Origin: Zancudomyces culisetae HAW-14-8
Lineage: Eukaryota; Fungi; Kickxellomycota
Direction of reading: 5' to 3'
DNA length: 64,000 bases
Assembly: GCA_052426225.1 (NCBI GenBank)
Contig: JBNJNM010000021.1
Location: 1,736,001 to 1,800,000 of the forward strand
The notes below the pieces were generated by a model that saw only the letters and a program-made list of their open reading frames with translations, searched no databases and had not been told where the DNA came from. The position numbers were made by a program, and so were the translations under genes. Each line of letters starts with the position of its first letter. Positions within the stretch are counted from its first letter, which is position 1. Positions 49,833 through 63,509 of this stretch are shown piece by piece.

Positions 49833-52118
49833 TGTTTTATGTCTTTAATGTTTTATATTTTAGTTCAAGATATGTTGGTTGGATATACCACCAATTATAA
49901 GCTCATACTTTTTTTATTAATTCCGATTCCATGCCAAACTCACTAGTGTTTACATATACATTTACAAAAAATAAAGCAACCATCGGTGGCTATCACCAAA
50001 AAACTGAATATCTCTGCTATATTATAACATTAATAGATTATACGAATCTGCGACCTAGTGATTATGCTATTTTCAAAACAAGAACAAGCTTATTGAACTG
50101 GGATTGACATCAAAATGTAATTCGTAGTGCCACCAAACATCATCTACAAACTGTGTAAACAAGTAGGTACAGGAGCACCAAAAGTAGCCCACAAAATTTA
50201 CCTGAATTGTATATAATGCATAGTCAGCTTACTAATGATAGAGCATCATATGGGTATTAGTAATGTCTATATCTATTTTGATGTAAATGGCGAAATTACT
50301 TTGTATGGGAAAAGGAAAGAGTTTGAAAGATAAAAAAATACCTGAATGTTTCAAAGTACATGTGGGACTCAGTAACAGTAGCAGTTAAAAAAAAATAGTT
50401 CGCCTACCCTTCATATTTCAACCTCAGAACCGATTTAAAAGCTATTAAAAACTAGGAACCCTTCAGCTAGATATCAGATATCGCTGCTAATTTCAAGCTG
50501 TTTTTGATTTGAGTTTGCACATTGGGGAAGCAAACAAAAACAGGAAATAAAACAAACTGGCTGATTTTTATTAAGGGCTTTTCAAGAATCAGTATGTGAT
50601 TATTTCAATACGATACCGTTTGTAGCCACTAAATCTAGAATTTAATATCTATTGATAGGCCAAAATAATCCTCAACTTTATTGAATGATGTGTACTTTTC
50701 TGCAAAGGCTCAACAAGAGAGCAAAAATTAGCCGAGTATTCCCACACTATTTACTAGGTAAACCCGCTATGCTTTTGGTCTGACAAAACCTGATTTTAAA
50801 ACACAAATTCAATAAAGCCTATTGTGCGTTGGTATCTGTTCTGGTTAATAGTTTGGTTAGTGATTAATAGAGGGTATTGTACCTTTTTTTTGGCCCCAAT
50901 TAGAGTTGGTGTCATACATTGACCAAAATGAGTTGTTTTGAATAATTCGTTTACAGAACCTGATGTTAACTAGCTGACTTAGTTTGCTATTGTTTTTGTG
51001 GCTATTTTTTCCTCAAAATATATACACGCTTGTTTCCAGCTTTTAGATGTTGTTTCCGAGAGGATCATAGGAATTAGCATATAAAAACAAAATACAAACT
51101 GAGGACATATTTTCATAAAGCGGTGTTTTTTATTTTTTGAAGTCGTGGCTATTAAACATTTACGATGAGTATATTTTACTTCCAATATGATTTTGGTTGA
51201 CCGTTTAAGACGCATTGGTTCGAATGTGGTAGTGAATACTTTTCGAGGCCTGAAATGTAATTTGCATACGGTGGTAATAATCTGTCGCGAGGAATATGGA
51301 TAATTCACAAAAAAAACACTTTTCTAAGCGAGTTTGGTGGTTTAATTTGTCAATAATAGCCTTAAATAGCAGAAAATTTAATATAGAGGAAAAGCATGTA
51401 CTAGCTGTATTAGGATGGAACAATCAAAATTGAACTACACTCTGAACCAACTAGCTTAAAAGAAGGGAGTGGGAAAAGGAGGAACATGAAGAGATAGAGG
51501 AAGATGGTGGAAATACGATTGTGATCTAAAGACTCTGTCAGCTTAAAAATTATTGGGGGGGTGGAGGAATCATATAACGCATATCTTTTACTCTTCTGCC
51601 TTTCAATACTAAAAAATCACAGTATTGTGCCAGATTTTTATTGTATGTTGATATTTGGTTTGAGACAAGCAAGAATCAGAGAAAGATACAGTGACCCAAT
51701 TAGTTCATAAACAAGAAAACAAAAGCAAAACAGGTTGTGTTTTTCTAGAAAATTAATAACCTTGTTCTTAGATGGTACCACGCAAACCCACTGGTCTATA
51801 CTATGCTACGTCTGCTGGTATCTAAAATGTCTTCAAGTAACCTAATAGTCGTACGGATATATGACAACTTTAAAGTAGAATCGGATAGAATATGAGACGA
51901 GATGTTCAGATCATTTTGATTTTGCCAACTCAATTCCAGTTGAGCTGATGCGGGATTATTCAATGGCGCGAAAAAAAAAATTTTTTTTCTGCCACCAATT
52001 AAATCACAGGATAATTGTTGATAAAAATAGGTCCAAGCAGCTTTGGCTATTAAACGAAAAAAGGAAAACACAGAGTAAAAATAACAACAACAAAATCACA
52101 ATTGCTAGGAGTATACAA

Positions 52119-54583
52119 ATGGCAACAGAAACAAAAGGAATCAAGCTGGTTGTAAACGGAGGACCAGTAACTACTGGTACCAATGCAGCCTCGGGGATCT
52201 TGAAGGTGCTTGTGGCATCGAAGCTCAAAGGAGTGCAAGTAGAAATTGAGAATGTTAAACAAAGCAAGAGTAAGGAGGTCATGTGGGCAGATATTGAGGG
52301 AGTCAGATTGTATGAACCCAATGCGATCATAAGGTAAGCTTGAAAATATTTTTACTTGAAAAGAGACTATTAGAAAATAGTATTTGAAAAGTATAGAAAG
52401 TAAATGAAAAAGTGATACAAAATGATAGGTATATTTACAAGATGGGAGAATACAGCATTAGCGAAAGGATAGCCGAGGAAGAAGTAATAGAATGGGAAGA
52501 AAGGGAGTTGGAGAAGCTAGCAGAAGATGGGGAAACAGGCAAAGAGAAGATCATGGAGCAGGCCGAGCTCAAGCAAGAAGGTGGAAAGCTTGGAGAGGAG
52601 GCAGAGGCAAAATTTGTGGTGGTGTTTGGAAGAATCTACGATCTGGCACGAAAAGCAACAGCTGAGGGCAAGCAAAAGCACAGAAAGATACATGAGAGAA
52701 TCGAAAAGTTTGTGAAGAACCAAAGCGTAAAAGACGCACTGGAGCAGTATTCACAAACAACCAAGGAAGAAGTGGTCAGAATAAAAGCGGGGTTGGAAAA
52801 CAGAAAGGTGAAGCCAAACATCGAAAGGGATTATGATAAGGCTAGCAGCGACGGAGTGAAGAAAGGAGAGAAAAATGTGTTGATTACCTCAGCACTCCCA
52901 TATGTCAACAACGTTCCGCACTTGGGGAACATTGTGGGAGCAGTACTTTCTGCGGACGTGTATGCAAGATACCTAAGAGGACGAAAGATAAACGTAATCT
53001 ATGTGTGCGGAACTGATGAGTACGGAACAGCGACCGAAACAAAGGCATTGGAGGAAAAGGTTAGTTGTCAGGAACTATGTGACAAGTACCATGCGATTCA
53101 TGCGGACGTATACAAGTGGTTCGATATAAGTTTTGACTTTTTTGGACGTACTTCGACAGTAAAACAAACCGAGATAGTACAAGACATCTTCAGAAAAGTA
53201 GAAGCGAACGGGTATATAATTAGTGACACTGTGCAGCAGCTATACTGTGAAGTGTGCAAAAGATTCTTGGCAGACAGATATGTGGAGGGAATATGTCCAA
53301 AGTGTGGATATGATGGAGCACGAGGTGATCAGTGTGATAAATGTGGAACATTGATAAACGCAATTGAACTGGTAGAGCCACGGTGTAAACTGGATAGCAA
53401 CCGTCCAGTCGTTAAAGAGTCGAAGCACTTGTTTTTGGATTTGGAGAAGCTGCAAGACGAATGTCATGAGTTTGTTGAGCGATCAAGTGAAAAGGGTAAG
53501 TGGAAGGCCCATAATGGATATACAATTACACGATCATGGCTCAATGAAGGGTTGAGACCAAGATGTATTACACGAGATCTTAGCTGGGGAGTACCAGTGC
53601 CATTGGAAGGATTTGAGAGCAAGGTGTTCTATGTATGGTTTGATGCATGCATTGGATACATCTCGCTGACAGCCAACTACACAGACAAGTGGGAGGAGTG
53701 GTGGTCCAGCCCCGACGATGTCATGTTGTACCAGTTTATGGGCAAAGACAACGTGCCGTTCCACACAGTTATTTTCCCGTCCACCCAAATCGCCACCCGC
53801 AGCCCATACACCATGTTGCACCACATCTCTTCAACCGAATACCTCAACTACGAAGGCGGCAAGTTCTCCAAATCTCGTGGTGTTGGTGTCTTTGGAAACA
53901 ACGCTCGCGACACTGGCATTCCTGCAGATGTTTGGCGCTACTACCTGCTATCAAACCGCCCCGAGTCATCCGATACCCAATTTACCTGGGCCGAGTTTGT
54001 TGCTAGAAACAACAACGAGCTTCTGGCCAACGTTGGCAACTTTGTCAACCGCATTTTGAAGTTTGTAGACTCGACATCAAAGTACAACGGTGTCTTGCCC
54101 ACTCCCGACTTCTCTGCCATCGACACTGCCTCTTCTAACGAAAACGAGAACCAATCTCATGCTCCTCTTACTGTCGTAGATGACGTGAACGCCCTGCTCG
54201 CAAAATACATTGCCTCCATGGATGCCGTAAAAATCAAGGCCGCTTTGAAACTTGCCATGGACATCAGTGCTCGTGGAAACTTGTTCCTTCAGGAATCTAA
54301 AATCGACAACACTCTCTTCCTCAACAACCGCGTTCTCTGCGACTCTGTTGTGTACGTTGCAGTCAACCTTGTCTACCTCCTGTCTGCCGTATTCGCTCCA
54401 TTTATGCCTGCCACTGCAAAACTGATTTGCCAGCTACTTAATGCTCCTACCCGCTCCATTCCTGAGTGCTTCGACTTTGCCTTGTTGCCTGGTCATGTGA
54501 TCTCCACCCCCATTGTCCATCTTTTCTCCAGAATTGACGAAAAGAAAGCCGACGAATGGAAAGCAAGGTTCGGATCTGAGTAA
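52119..54583 (+). CDS. MES1: Cytosolic methionyl-tRNA synthetase, intron 52334-52428
   Basis: SALPYVNNVPHLGN (HIGH), zinc knuckles, GKDNVPFH and KFSKS (KMSKS). Confidence 0.97.
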
Positions 54584-54768
54584 TAAACTCTCACCTCCAG
54601 CTTTGAACTCCTCTCTCACTACTAACCACCTTGTTTTTTTTTTCTCCTACTTTTGTGGTTTTATAAAACAACCTTTGCATAAAAGTTTTTTCGATATATA
54701 TTTTATTATATTAAACTCAGTCTTTGTAAATGTTGTTAAAATTTAAATACTCAAATTGAACAAAACCA

Positions 54769-55920
54769 TTATTTGTTTGTCAGTAGCAGTGGATCTTTGC
54801 CTCCTGTCTTTGCAATGATTTCTCGTGGCAGTTTAGTAGCATCACCAGCATTGTCGCCTACTGTTGCAGACTCTGTTGTCAAAAATGTTGGGAAGGGAGG
54901 ATGTTCAACATCATCGGGGAACTTATCCTTCTTGTTTTTCTTGATGGCATCGCGGATTTTTACTAGCCCACCTTTATTTCCCGGGACTGCACCCTTGACA
55001 TAGACCAAGTTAAGCAAATTGTCGATTTTCATCACTTTGAGCTCCATAACTGTGACCTGTTGGTTACCCATATGACCCGCCATCTTCTTACCGGGAAATA
55101 CACGACCTGGATCTTGATTAGATCCCGTTGATCCTGCCGAACGATGCGACAAACTGGCACCGTGAGAGGCATTTCCTCCCTTAAAACCCCACCGTTTCAT
55201 TGCTCCTGCAAATCCTTTTCCTTTGCTTGTGCCAATTATATCCACAAGCTGCCCAGGAACAAAGTGCGCCGCTTTGATGTCGGTACCAACTGGTAAAACT
55301 GCATCTTTAGTGATCTTGAATTCGGCAATCTTTTGTCGTGCTTCTACACCGTACTTTTTGAATTGACCCAGATCTGGTTTGCGTAATTTGCGCTCGGGGT
55401 TTCTGACGATCCCACCACCAGCTATTCTTATTTTACAATTCTCCTTGTTCTTTTTGTCCTCTATTACATCCAACACTTTAACTTCCTCCATCTAAATTTT
55501 TGCATTTATAGCTTTTTTTATATACAGACTTCAATTTAACACTACTAGGTTGCAGATTTTGCAATAATAAAAAAAATGTAATTTAAGTAGCACCACTGAA
55601 ATAAACACGTTATCAAAAGACATAACTACACATAAACTTCTTTAACTACTAACCTGTAATACAGTGAGTGGGACTCGAATACCCCATTCGTCCCACATTG
55701 CTGTCATTCCTAATTTTCTCGCAATCACGCCTGTCCTAACCGATTCTGGTGTCCAGTAACTGTGTTTGATGCTTGTCGCTTCGGTAACGTTATTTGCATC
55801 CTTCTTTGCGGCATTTACCACTGTTGAATACCCAGCTTGTTTGTAGAATTTTAACATGCCAGAATTAATGCCTGCAAGCAGCGACCCAGACATATTTGGT
55901 CTAAACGCTAACCTATTCAT
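54769..55920 (-). CDS. MRPL9: Mitochondrial ribosomal protein uL3m, intron 55492-55653
   Basis: [27 protein letters not shown] and [15 protein letters not shown]; presequence. Confidence 0.93.
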
Positions 55921-56429
55921 TTCCAGCTATTCTGTTCGTCTGTATTATGTTTTGCCGTAATCTACTTTGGAGCGTGTAATCTAGAGTAACAATGATGGAT
56001 CGATGATTTGATTTTATTAATCTCTGCTTGTTCAATTTTTTAACTCAATTTATTATCTATCAATCTTTTAATTTTTTTTTCCTGAACAATAGCCATAAAA
56101 AATCACATAATAAAGCCTTGAGTTTTTGATTCGATTTAGACGATTTCAACCAATATTTTTTTATTGGTGGTAATATATGAGCAACTAGCCATTTTTACTT
56201 GATGCTGGAAACTACTTTATCACCAACTTTAAAAAGCCCAAGCAAAAAAAAAAATTTTTTTTTCTCTCCGAATGGTTGTGATGTTGTCCTACAACCGCTA
56301 TTCAATAGTAATCAGCTGACAAATTTTGCAATAGACGCGTTACACTTTACAATCCCACACCCATGTTCTGAAAAAGATAAACTTTTAGATTAACAAACAA
56401 AAAAAAGTTTGTAAAAAACCTAAAAAGTT

Positions 56430-56501
56430 TGGAGAATGCGAGGATCGAACACGCGGCCTCTCGCATGCAAAGCGAGCGCTCTACCACTGAGCTAATTCCC
56501 C
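56430..56501 (-). tRNA. tRNA-Ala(TGC)
   Basis: GGGGAAT/ATTCTCC acceptor with G3:U70; anticodon arm CTCGC-TTTGCAT-GCGAG; TTTTT terminator downstream. Confidence 0.95.
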
Positions 56502-57141
56502 TGATTTTTTGTAAAAAGCTTTACTATATTATAATACTAATTTTTTTACAAATTCTATGTAATTAAATATAATTATTTTTTTGTATTATTTTTTTACTTT
56601 TATTTCTATTATGTATTGGTACTTTATAAGAGAAAAATGTATTTATTATTTTCTGAATTAAAAAGCTGGAAATTACTAGGCATTTTTTGACAATTTTGCT
56701 ATTCTTGATACAGTTACTCAACTCAAAAACATGACTTCCATATTTTGATACAATCTTGACACAAGGGCCATTAATAAGTACAATTTATGGTTAATAATCA
56801 AACAAACCACTGTTTTCACAAATCTTGGTATAGCTGTTCATTTAAACCCACATCCTAATAAATCCTTCTCAAGTATGATATAACAAAGCATGCCAAAACA
56901 AAAAATAAAAGTAAATTTGTACTTGTATCTGTATTCATATACACACTTGAAATATTTAACTCTAAATCAATTGAAAATAAAAAAAACTGCATATCTTCAT
57001 TATAGGTAGTACATTCTGTTTTTCGCCTAATAGCTATTGACTTTTTTTTATAGCTTTCTGCGCAAATTAAAAGTTCTAAGCTCGTTTTCGGGGTTTGTTC
57101 TACTATATGTTGTTTCCAGACAGGAGTTAGAGAATATAAAG

Positions 57142-58812
57142 ATGAATCTAGTAATTGGCCTAGTTAATATACTGACTGTAACAGTGTCCTTGTGTCACAG
57201 TATTGTCGCCTTTTACGACCATTACTGGAGGTTTGGCGGCTTAGAAAGTATACGTGGCTATGTCGATATACACCAAAAGTATATTGGTTCTCCGACGCTA
57301 AATAAGCGACAAGTAAACAACAACAATATCAAACATGGAGTGATACTAAATAACGAACATGAACAAATGATACGGTATAACGAGCCAACTATATGCCTAG
57401 CCGGAAAATCGAAGGCATATTCAGGTTATATTGACATTGAAAAGAATAAGCACATTTTTTTTTGGTTTTTCGAAGCACAAACAAAAGAAACAGGCGCGCC
57501 TATTATAGTTTGGTTGAATGGTGGACCTGGCGATAGCTCACTTATTAGTCTTTTTATGGAGCATGGACCGTGCAAATATGAGGGAGCAAGCAACCACCTA
57601 GTGGAAAATCCCTATGCATGGAACAAGGAAGCACACATTATATATATAGATCAACCTACAAACGTGGGATTTTCCTATGGGGATAGTGTTTGCACAAAAA
57701 GTGATGTCGGGAACGACGTGTATAAGTTTTTAACGCTTTTTTTCCAGCATTTTAAGGAATACAAGAACAACACTGTTCACATTTTTGGGGAGGGTTATGC
57801 AGGACACTACGTTGCTGCCACTGCTGTAGCTATAAACAGAGGAAATAAAATTATCGAACAAAGAGTCAATGACAACAACAATAGTACCGCTTTGAATGGC
57901 CTGCTCAACAATGCTACCCAAACCAATAGCTACATTTCTCTCAACAGTATAGGCATAGGAAATGGTCTTGTCGACCCGGCTCAAAACTATGCGTACATTA
58001 AACGAATGGCATGCGATCCGCAACATAAAACGGCAAACTCCACGTTATGCGATCATCTCCAGTTCCATACAGTCGGTTGCGTAAACAAAATCAATGAATG
58101 TAACTTAGGCCTCGAAAGACAACAATCACCAGAGATAGATCCGTGCACTCATGCGCAGGTTGCTTGTAACAATGATTTGGTTTTACCACTCATCTCTGCA
58201 AAAATAAACATTGCTGATTTTCGAAACCTATGCGAATATGATTGCTACCCAGAAAAAAACCGTGTCCAGCTCTTTTTAAATAATAAAGAAACTCAAGCAG
58301 CTATTGGAGTTTCGGATTTTTCCTACAAAACATTCAACCAGCAAGTTTTGAATTGCTTTAGAGACACAGGAGATTGGATGCAAAATTCCACCCATCTAAT
58401 TCCAGAACTTCTTAACAACGACATACGCGTATTAATCTATTCTGGCGATACAGATATATTATTTAACTGGATGGGCGCAAGAATGTGGACAGACACGCTA
58501 ACCTGGAAGTATGCTGCCGAATACAAAAAAGAAAAAGAAAAGAGATGGAAGTCGGTAAAGATACCTTCAACTAGATATAGAGAAAGTGGTCTCCTGAAAC
58601 AGTATAAAAATCTTGCATTTCTAAGGGTGTACGATGCTGGAGAAATGGCCGCACGCGATCAACCTGAGAATCTACAAAATATGATCACAAGTTGGGTAAA
58701 ATTTGAACCCTTCGATACATGCTTTGATGGAATCTGTTCGCTGTCTATAAAATCAGGAGTTAGTCTACAGCTGATCATTATCTGTTTGATCTCATCCTAT
58801 ATTTTACTTTAG
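57142..58812 (+). CDS. Serine carboxypeptidase (S10)-fold secreted protein lacking catalytic Ser and His
   Basis: YSGYI, FFWFFE, WLNGGPG, IDQP..VGFS and GIGNG present, but GEGYAG and AGEM at the catalytic positions. Signal peptide and hydrophobic C-terminus. Confidence 0.9.
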   Translation: MNLVIGLVNILTVTVSLCHSIVAFYDHYWRFGGLESIRGYVDIHQKYIGSPTLNKRQVNNNNIKHGVILNNEHEQMIRYNEPTICLAGKSKAYSGYIDIEKNKHIFFWFFEAQTKETGAPIIVWLNGGPGDSSLISLFMEHGPCKYEGASNHLVENPYAWNKEAHIIYIDQPTNVGFSYGDSVCTKSDVGNDVYKFLTLFFQHFKEYKNNTVHIFGEGYAGHYVAATAVAINRGNKIIEQRVNDNNNSTALNGLLNNATQTNSYISLNSIGIGNGLVDPAQNYAYIKRMACDPQHKTANSTLCDHLQFHTVGCVNKINECNLGLERQQSPEIDPCTHAQVACNNDLVLPLISAKINIADFRNLCEYDCYPEKNRVQLFLNNKETQAAIGVSDFSYKTFNQQVLNCFRDTGDWMQNSTHLIPELLNNDIRVLIYSGDTDILFNWMGARMWTDTLTWKYAAEYKKEKEKRWKSVKIPSTRYRESGLLKQYKNLAFLRVYDAGEMAARDQPENLQNMITSWVKFEPFDTCFDGICSLSIKSGVSLQLIIICLISSYILL

Positions 58813-59157
58813 GCATCATATGCTTTTCGTGCTTTTTTTCCACTTTTGTATCGTATACTAATAATATAATTCGTCTAGTACCAAATCAAGTAATCAAATA
58901 ATCTAAATGTTTAAATGCTAGTTACCAAGTCATAGCCCCAATCGCAGCATAGTTGCTGCTTTCAACTTTTAATATATGTAAAACTATTACAGATTTAACC
59001 TTAACAGCAATGCTTTATATCCTTAGTAATTGTATTATGTAGTGAATACACAAAAAACCAAATGTAAAATTATAATATAGTAAAAGTGGAGCTGGTGAGA
59101 TGGACACAAGTAATCATCCAAAGCAGCTACTCAAACGTATATTTATATGTGGATAAC

Positions 59158-60380
59158 TCAGCGAAAAGCTGGTGTTAAATTATTGCTATAAATTTCGAAA
59201 AACTCTTCAACAGTTTCGACGTTTTCTTTGCTGCCCAAAAATATAGGGCATCTGTCATGAATACTCCTAGGAACAATATCAAGAACGCGCTTGGCTCCTG
59301 TAGTTGCTTTGCCTCCCGCCTGCTCGCACAAAAAGGCCATTGGAAAGCTTTCATAGAGCGTGCGAAGCTTTCCGTTTGTGTTTTCTGAATCTACTGGATA
59401 GGCAAAAATGCCCCCACTCATGAGTGTTCTGTGAACATCTGCAACCATGGAGCCTATATATCTGGACGCGTACGTTTTTCCACCCTCCTGGTGAAGCTTC
59501 AAAAAATCGATGTACGCCTTCGTCGCTTCATCCCACTTTGTATACTTTCCTTCATTGATTGAGTATGTGTCGCCATGCTCTGGAGTTCGAATGTTTGGGT
59601 GTGTGAGAATAAACTCTCCAAGTGACGGATTCAATGTAAACCCATTAACATTGTTGTTTCCAAGAGTAATGACTAGATTACATGAGGATCCATACATGCA
59701 ATATCCTGCAACAATAATATTGTTTCCGGAAACCAAAAAACTGTCTTCCGGGTTTTTTGCATCCTCTTTCATACGAAAGACACCAAATATGGTGCCTACA
59801 TTTATACCTGTATCTATGTTACTGCTACCATCAATCGGGTCAAAGGCGACACAGTATTTTGCATTTTTACCGCATTCACTTTTTGGTTCGACTATAATAA
59901 CGTCTTTGTTTTCTTCAGAAACCATGTATGCCACACAACCAGAACTTTTCAGCGACTGAATAAATAGTTTGTTGGCTAGGACATCAAGTTTTTTTTGACC
60001 CTCTCCCTGAACATTTACACTTCCCTCCTCGCCTAACCTATCGAGATTTTTTGTTAAAAAAATTATAGCAGGTGTTTTTAGATAAATTTTTTTTACATGA
60101 ACTGTAATTGCGTGCTTTGAGTAACGCCCCTCACTGAGTTTAAAGATTTTTTCTAGTAATTGAGATCTATGAATTACTAAGAATAATATATCAAGTCAAC
60201 ATTTGGACCTTACATGCCTACAAGCCCTGCTTTGCGTACAATAGATTCCACAAATTTACATGCCACTTGTAATGAGCTCAAAAGAATTGAAAGGTCTCCA
60301 GTAGCTTCTTTATGCCATTTTTGCTCGTCAAGAACAAATCTTGATAAAGTGATAAATTCTGTATCCTTTTGTTCAAACAT
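59158..60380 (-). CDS. FBP1: Fructose-1,6-bisphosphatase, intron 60038-60213
   Basis: NVQGE.QKKLDV, SEE, FDPIDGSSN, RYIGSMVADVHRTL and GKLR.LYE. Confidence 0.96.
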
Positions 60381-61673
60381 TTCTCTTTATTCTTCCTTTT
60401 CCCTTTTTTCTTTTTCTTTTTTCCTTTTCCCTTTTTCCTTTTTCTTTTTTTTTCTTTTGTTATAAGGAAATGGTGGTATTTATACAAAGTTTTCAATATA
60501 AAGTAGCTATTTTCGTTAAGACATATAGAACATCAGTATGTATTTATATACTCAAGCTAGCCCTTTTCATAAAGCTACAGAGAAGTGCCCAAAACTCGAA
60601 ATCTTTCAATAGCAGGTATAACTGTGCATTTGAAAATGATGAGTAGAAAGCGTGTCCGCCTCTATACATGTTTATTCGTGCTGCTTCTGCCAGTGTTTAT
60701 CCTACATTTTGTTTGTACATCTACACTCCAGGTTCCCAAGGGGATGAATCATTAAAATCTGGAGAAAATTTACACCAAATATTTCAAAATATTAATAAAA
60801 AAATATTAAGACAAGCTCTGATATTCAAAGCTGCAACAAGTTCAACTACCAATTTAAACTTAAATATCATATCATTTTTATCTCCTGTTGTTATGGGTGT
60901 TTGGTTTTGTAAACCTAACAATAAAAATCGCCAATGCGCCTTTGTTTTTCTGTTATATAAACAAAAAATAGAGTTCACGTTCATAATAGCTAATATTAGT
61001 ATATGCATCAATAATGCGATCTTTGCAATATAGGCATACAGCAAAAGACAGTATGGATGGCTTTTTGTTACTTTGGACATGAAAACCGTCAATTTACAGG
61101 CCAAGCTGTGTCTATACCAAACAAACACGCAGAATTAATAAATAACCGCTACAGCACACCAATTGCCACTACAAACATTCACGCACGCGATTATGGGTTT
61201 CGGTATGTGCACTTCACATGATTATTCCTATAAATTATGGGAAAAGTAAGAAAGTCTCGGATTCCAAATGTTGCACTCTGTAGAACTGACTCATACACAT
61301 TCATAAATACTACTTTCTCTGACTTTTTTTTATCTAAAGCCGGCTGAATAATTCAAAACGTGTACTTTTAGACAAGGCTTCTCTGTGTATTTGAGTGCAA
61401 ATTTGCAACTATACCGTTAGCCTTTTTTTTTCTTCTAGATGTTGGGTTCAAACAACCTCCCTTAAGCCAAGGTACTTAATATTCGACAAACAGTCACTTT
61501 ATTCTCACACCTGAAAGGTGGGCCCATTCAAGGCTATCCAATTGAATATTATGCTGAGTTTAGACTTGAACCAAATGTGTAGTACTTCATTTAAACTCAA
61601 TTATAAAGAAAAATAGATATAGCTATCACTGAGCGAATAAACAAACAAACAAAAGGTGAGACAAAAAAAATGA

Positions 61674-63509
61674 TTATGTAATAACAGTGGGTTCAGTGCG
61701 ACCAGTAAATTTGGTGATCTGAGAAATCTCCAAAGCGACGTCTACAAGTGGCTTGAGTGCATCTTGGGCCTCGAGCATCAAAGAATCTTCATTTGATTCA
61801 TACTTCTCGATATACACTCTGAAGGTCGCACCAGATGAACCTGTGCCGCTTAAACGGAAAATTATTCGTGAAGAGTCGGAAAAGACAATACGCAATCCTT
61901 GGTTTTTGGAAACAGAGGAATCTACGGGATCTACATAGCTGAAGTTATCGGCACAAGAGACGGTAAATGCGTTGTTTCCAAATTTGCGCCCGACAAAGTC
62001 GGGTGAGACAATAAGAGATTCCAAATGAGAATACATAGCCTCTGCGTGGCTAGATTCAATTTCTTCATAATCATAGCGTGTAAAGTAATTGCGACCATAT
62101 TTCAGATAGAATCTGTTCATAATTGCACGGATGCTGCATGGCAAATTGAGCTTCAAATCAACATAGGCAATTATGTTCAACCAGGCTACAATAGCCCAAA
62201 GGCCATCCTTCTCTCTGATGTGGTCTGATCCCGTTCCAAATGACTCCTCACCACAAATTGACAAGCGACCAGCATCCATAAGATTACCAAAGAACTTCCA
62301 ACCTGTAGGAACCTCAAACATTTCTACATTTAATTTCTTGGCTACACGATCTATAGCTCCAGAGGTTGGCATTGAGCGAGCCAGACCTTTAACACCTGTC
62401 TTTTTGAAGTATGGAATAGCTTGGGCTGCATACTCTGCAATGACAGCAACGGAATCTGACGGAGTGACGAACCAGTCTTTGCTGATAATCATATTTCTAT
62501 CACCATCACCATCAGAAGCAGCACCTAGATCAACCCCCATCTTGTTAACGCTATCGACCAGCTTATGGGCGTAGGTCAGATTTGGGTCTGGGTGTTCGCC
62601 GCCAAAATCTACAAGAGGTACGCATTGAATTGTAGAGGTTTCAGGGAGTCCCAACTTTTCGGTAAATATTTTCTTTCCATATGGACCTGTTACACCATTT
62701 AGTGCGTCAAATAGAATCTTGAAGTCGGGGTTTTTGGAGAGGAATGCTTTAATCAAATCAAAGTCAAATATCGTCTCGAGCATTGAAACGTAGTCTGCCG
62801 CCGAGTCAATTATTTCCACCTCGGTTTCTCCGTACTTCCTTATCCCAACAGTGTCCAGATCGATCTCACCAAACTGAATTTCCTTATACTCTGTTATTTC
62901 GGTGGTTGCTTTGTAGATTGCGTTGGTAACGCTCTCTGGTGCTGGTCCTATTCAAGTGTACAGTAAAAGCTCAGTGTAAGTACTGTTTTTTTTTAATTAA
63001 AATGAAAATAAATAAATAAATAAAAAACTGTATTCATGGAAAGACGCGCGCATAAAGAATGTCACGTAGGTGATACTAGAACTACAAGGCTTACCTCCGT
63101 TTGATACATTATACTTGATACCAAAATCGTTCTCTGGACCACCTGGGTTGTGTGAAGCTGTGAGTAGAATTCCTCCTGTGGCTTTCCTAGTTCTAATCAC
63201 ATTAGATGCAGCTGGTGTAGAGAATATCCCCCCTTGGCCGATAATAAACTTTTTCACTCCGTTTGCAGCTCCGATTCTGACAATTGTTTGAACAGTTTCT
63301 CTCATGAAGTATCTTCCATCACCACCAACCACCATAACTATGTCCTGGGTATTTGATTCATCTAGAACGGTGGAAAAAGTTGCTTGCACAAAGTTTTCGG
63401 TGTAGTTTGGCTGCTGAAAGACCTTTACCTTCTTACGAAGTCCAGAAGTACCAGGCTTTTGACCTGCGAAGGGGGTTGTAGGTACTGTTTTAACGTTGAA
63501 ATCGGGCAT
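61674..63509 (-). CDS. PGM: Phosphoglucomutase, intron 62948-63094
   Basis: QKPGTSGLRK, TASHNPGG, DGDGDR, CGEESFG and terminal PTVIT. Confidence 0.97.

Noticed and set aside
50979-51308. 109-aa minus-strand ORF
   Set aside because: No recognisable domain and no clear ATG start; likely chance in AT-rich DNA.
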